From Catajapyx aquilonaris (lineage: Eukaryota): DNA of 30,110 bases. The stretch is taken from positions 124,001 through 154,110 of the forward strand of contig KZ538025.1 of the NCBI GenBank assembly GCA_000934665.2, given 5' to 3'. This document shows positions 29,632-30,110 of the stretch, in pieces. Positions within the stretch are counted from its first letter, which is position 1, and each line of letters begins with the position of its first letter. The notes under the pieces were generated by a model, which was not told where the DNA came from, did no database searches, and saw nothing but the letters and a program-made list of their open reading frames with translations. The translations under genes were made by a program, and so were the position numbers.

Positions 29632-30110
29632 CTTTTATCGACCCCCACCGCCCTACTTCTTATCCCTGATTACGGCCCCTGGACTTTGATTGAAGGGGCC
29701 TCCGAATAGGTACCGCAACGAGGGAAGGTCGTTGTCGTCATTTGGATTTCCCCAAGGATCACACCCCGTATTTTGGACCCGAGATGCGTTGCGTCCGTGT
29801 CCCCAACCCGTGCCAAGTACCCCTGACGTAACCCGGTTCTGCTCGCGTGCAAGGCTAGCTGTAGCGTATATTCGCCGCATCGCCACTCTAAGGACAAGCC
29901 TATTTTGTATTCGATCCTTCGAATCGAATTCCTCACGGTGACAGGATTCCCTGGAGCGTGACCGGATCGTACCCGAAGACTTCGGCAATCGTTTCCCCTC
30001 CCTGGTTGACAGCTTAAGGTGGTCGGCAACCCCTTTGCAGCGCCGCTACCAGGCAACAGAGGGCGGGCACTTCCCTATGTATTTCTTATGGTACGGCTCT
30101 GGATACTTCC

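Overview
Eukaryotic, intron-containing genomic DNA, most likely from an arthropod or insect (the PI4KB N-terminus is fwd-like, many introns are 54-80 nt, and several gene bodies are CpG-depleted). All recognisable genes are on the minus strand. The right third (22259-29412) is a complete 8-coding-exon phosphatidylinositol 4-kinase III beta gene (PI4KB/fwd, about 977 aa by my hand-spliced model). Downstream of it (2791-19216) is a head-to-tail array of five intact but highly diverged paralogous genes, called A-E from left to right. Each has 7 coding exons with identical intron phases (0,1,0,1,0,0) and encodes a 716-825 aa multi-pass membrane protein with a TRC8/RNF139/RNF145-type RING-H2 finger. 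Three things set the family apart: all five RINGs have lost the E2-contacting Trp, all carry a conserved ~85-aa post-RING domain I do not recognise, and all share an N-terminal CxCE Cys motif. Copy B also ends in a 7x TYDALxGD tyrosine-motif repeat. Other elements are a complete hAT-type MITE, a truncated hAT-like end, a CTCF-like motif at a CpG-content boundary, and a very tight (81 bp) D/C intergenic gap. Gene models were spliced by eye from GT-AG sites and reading-frame continuity; no database search was run.
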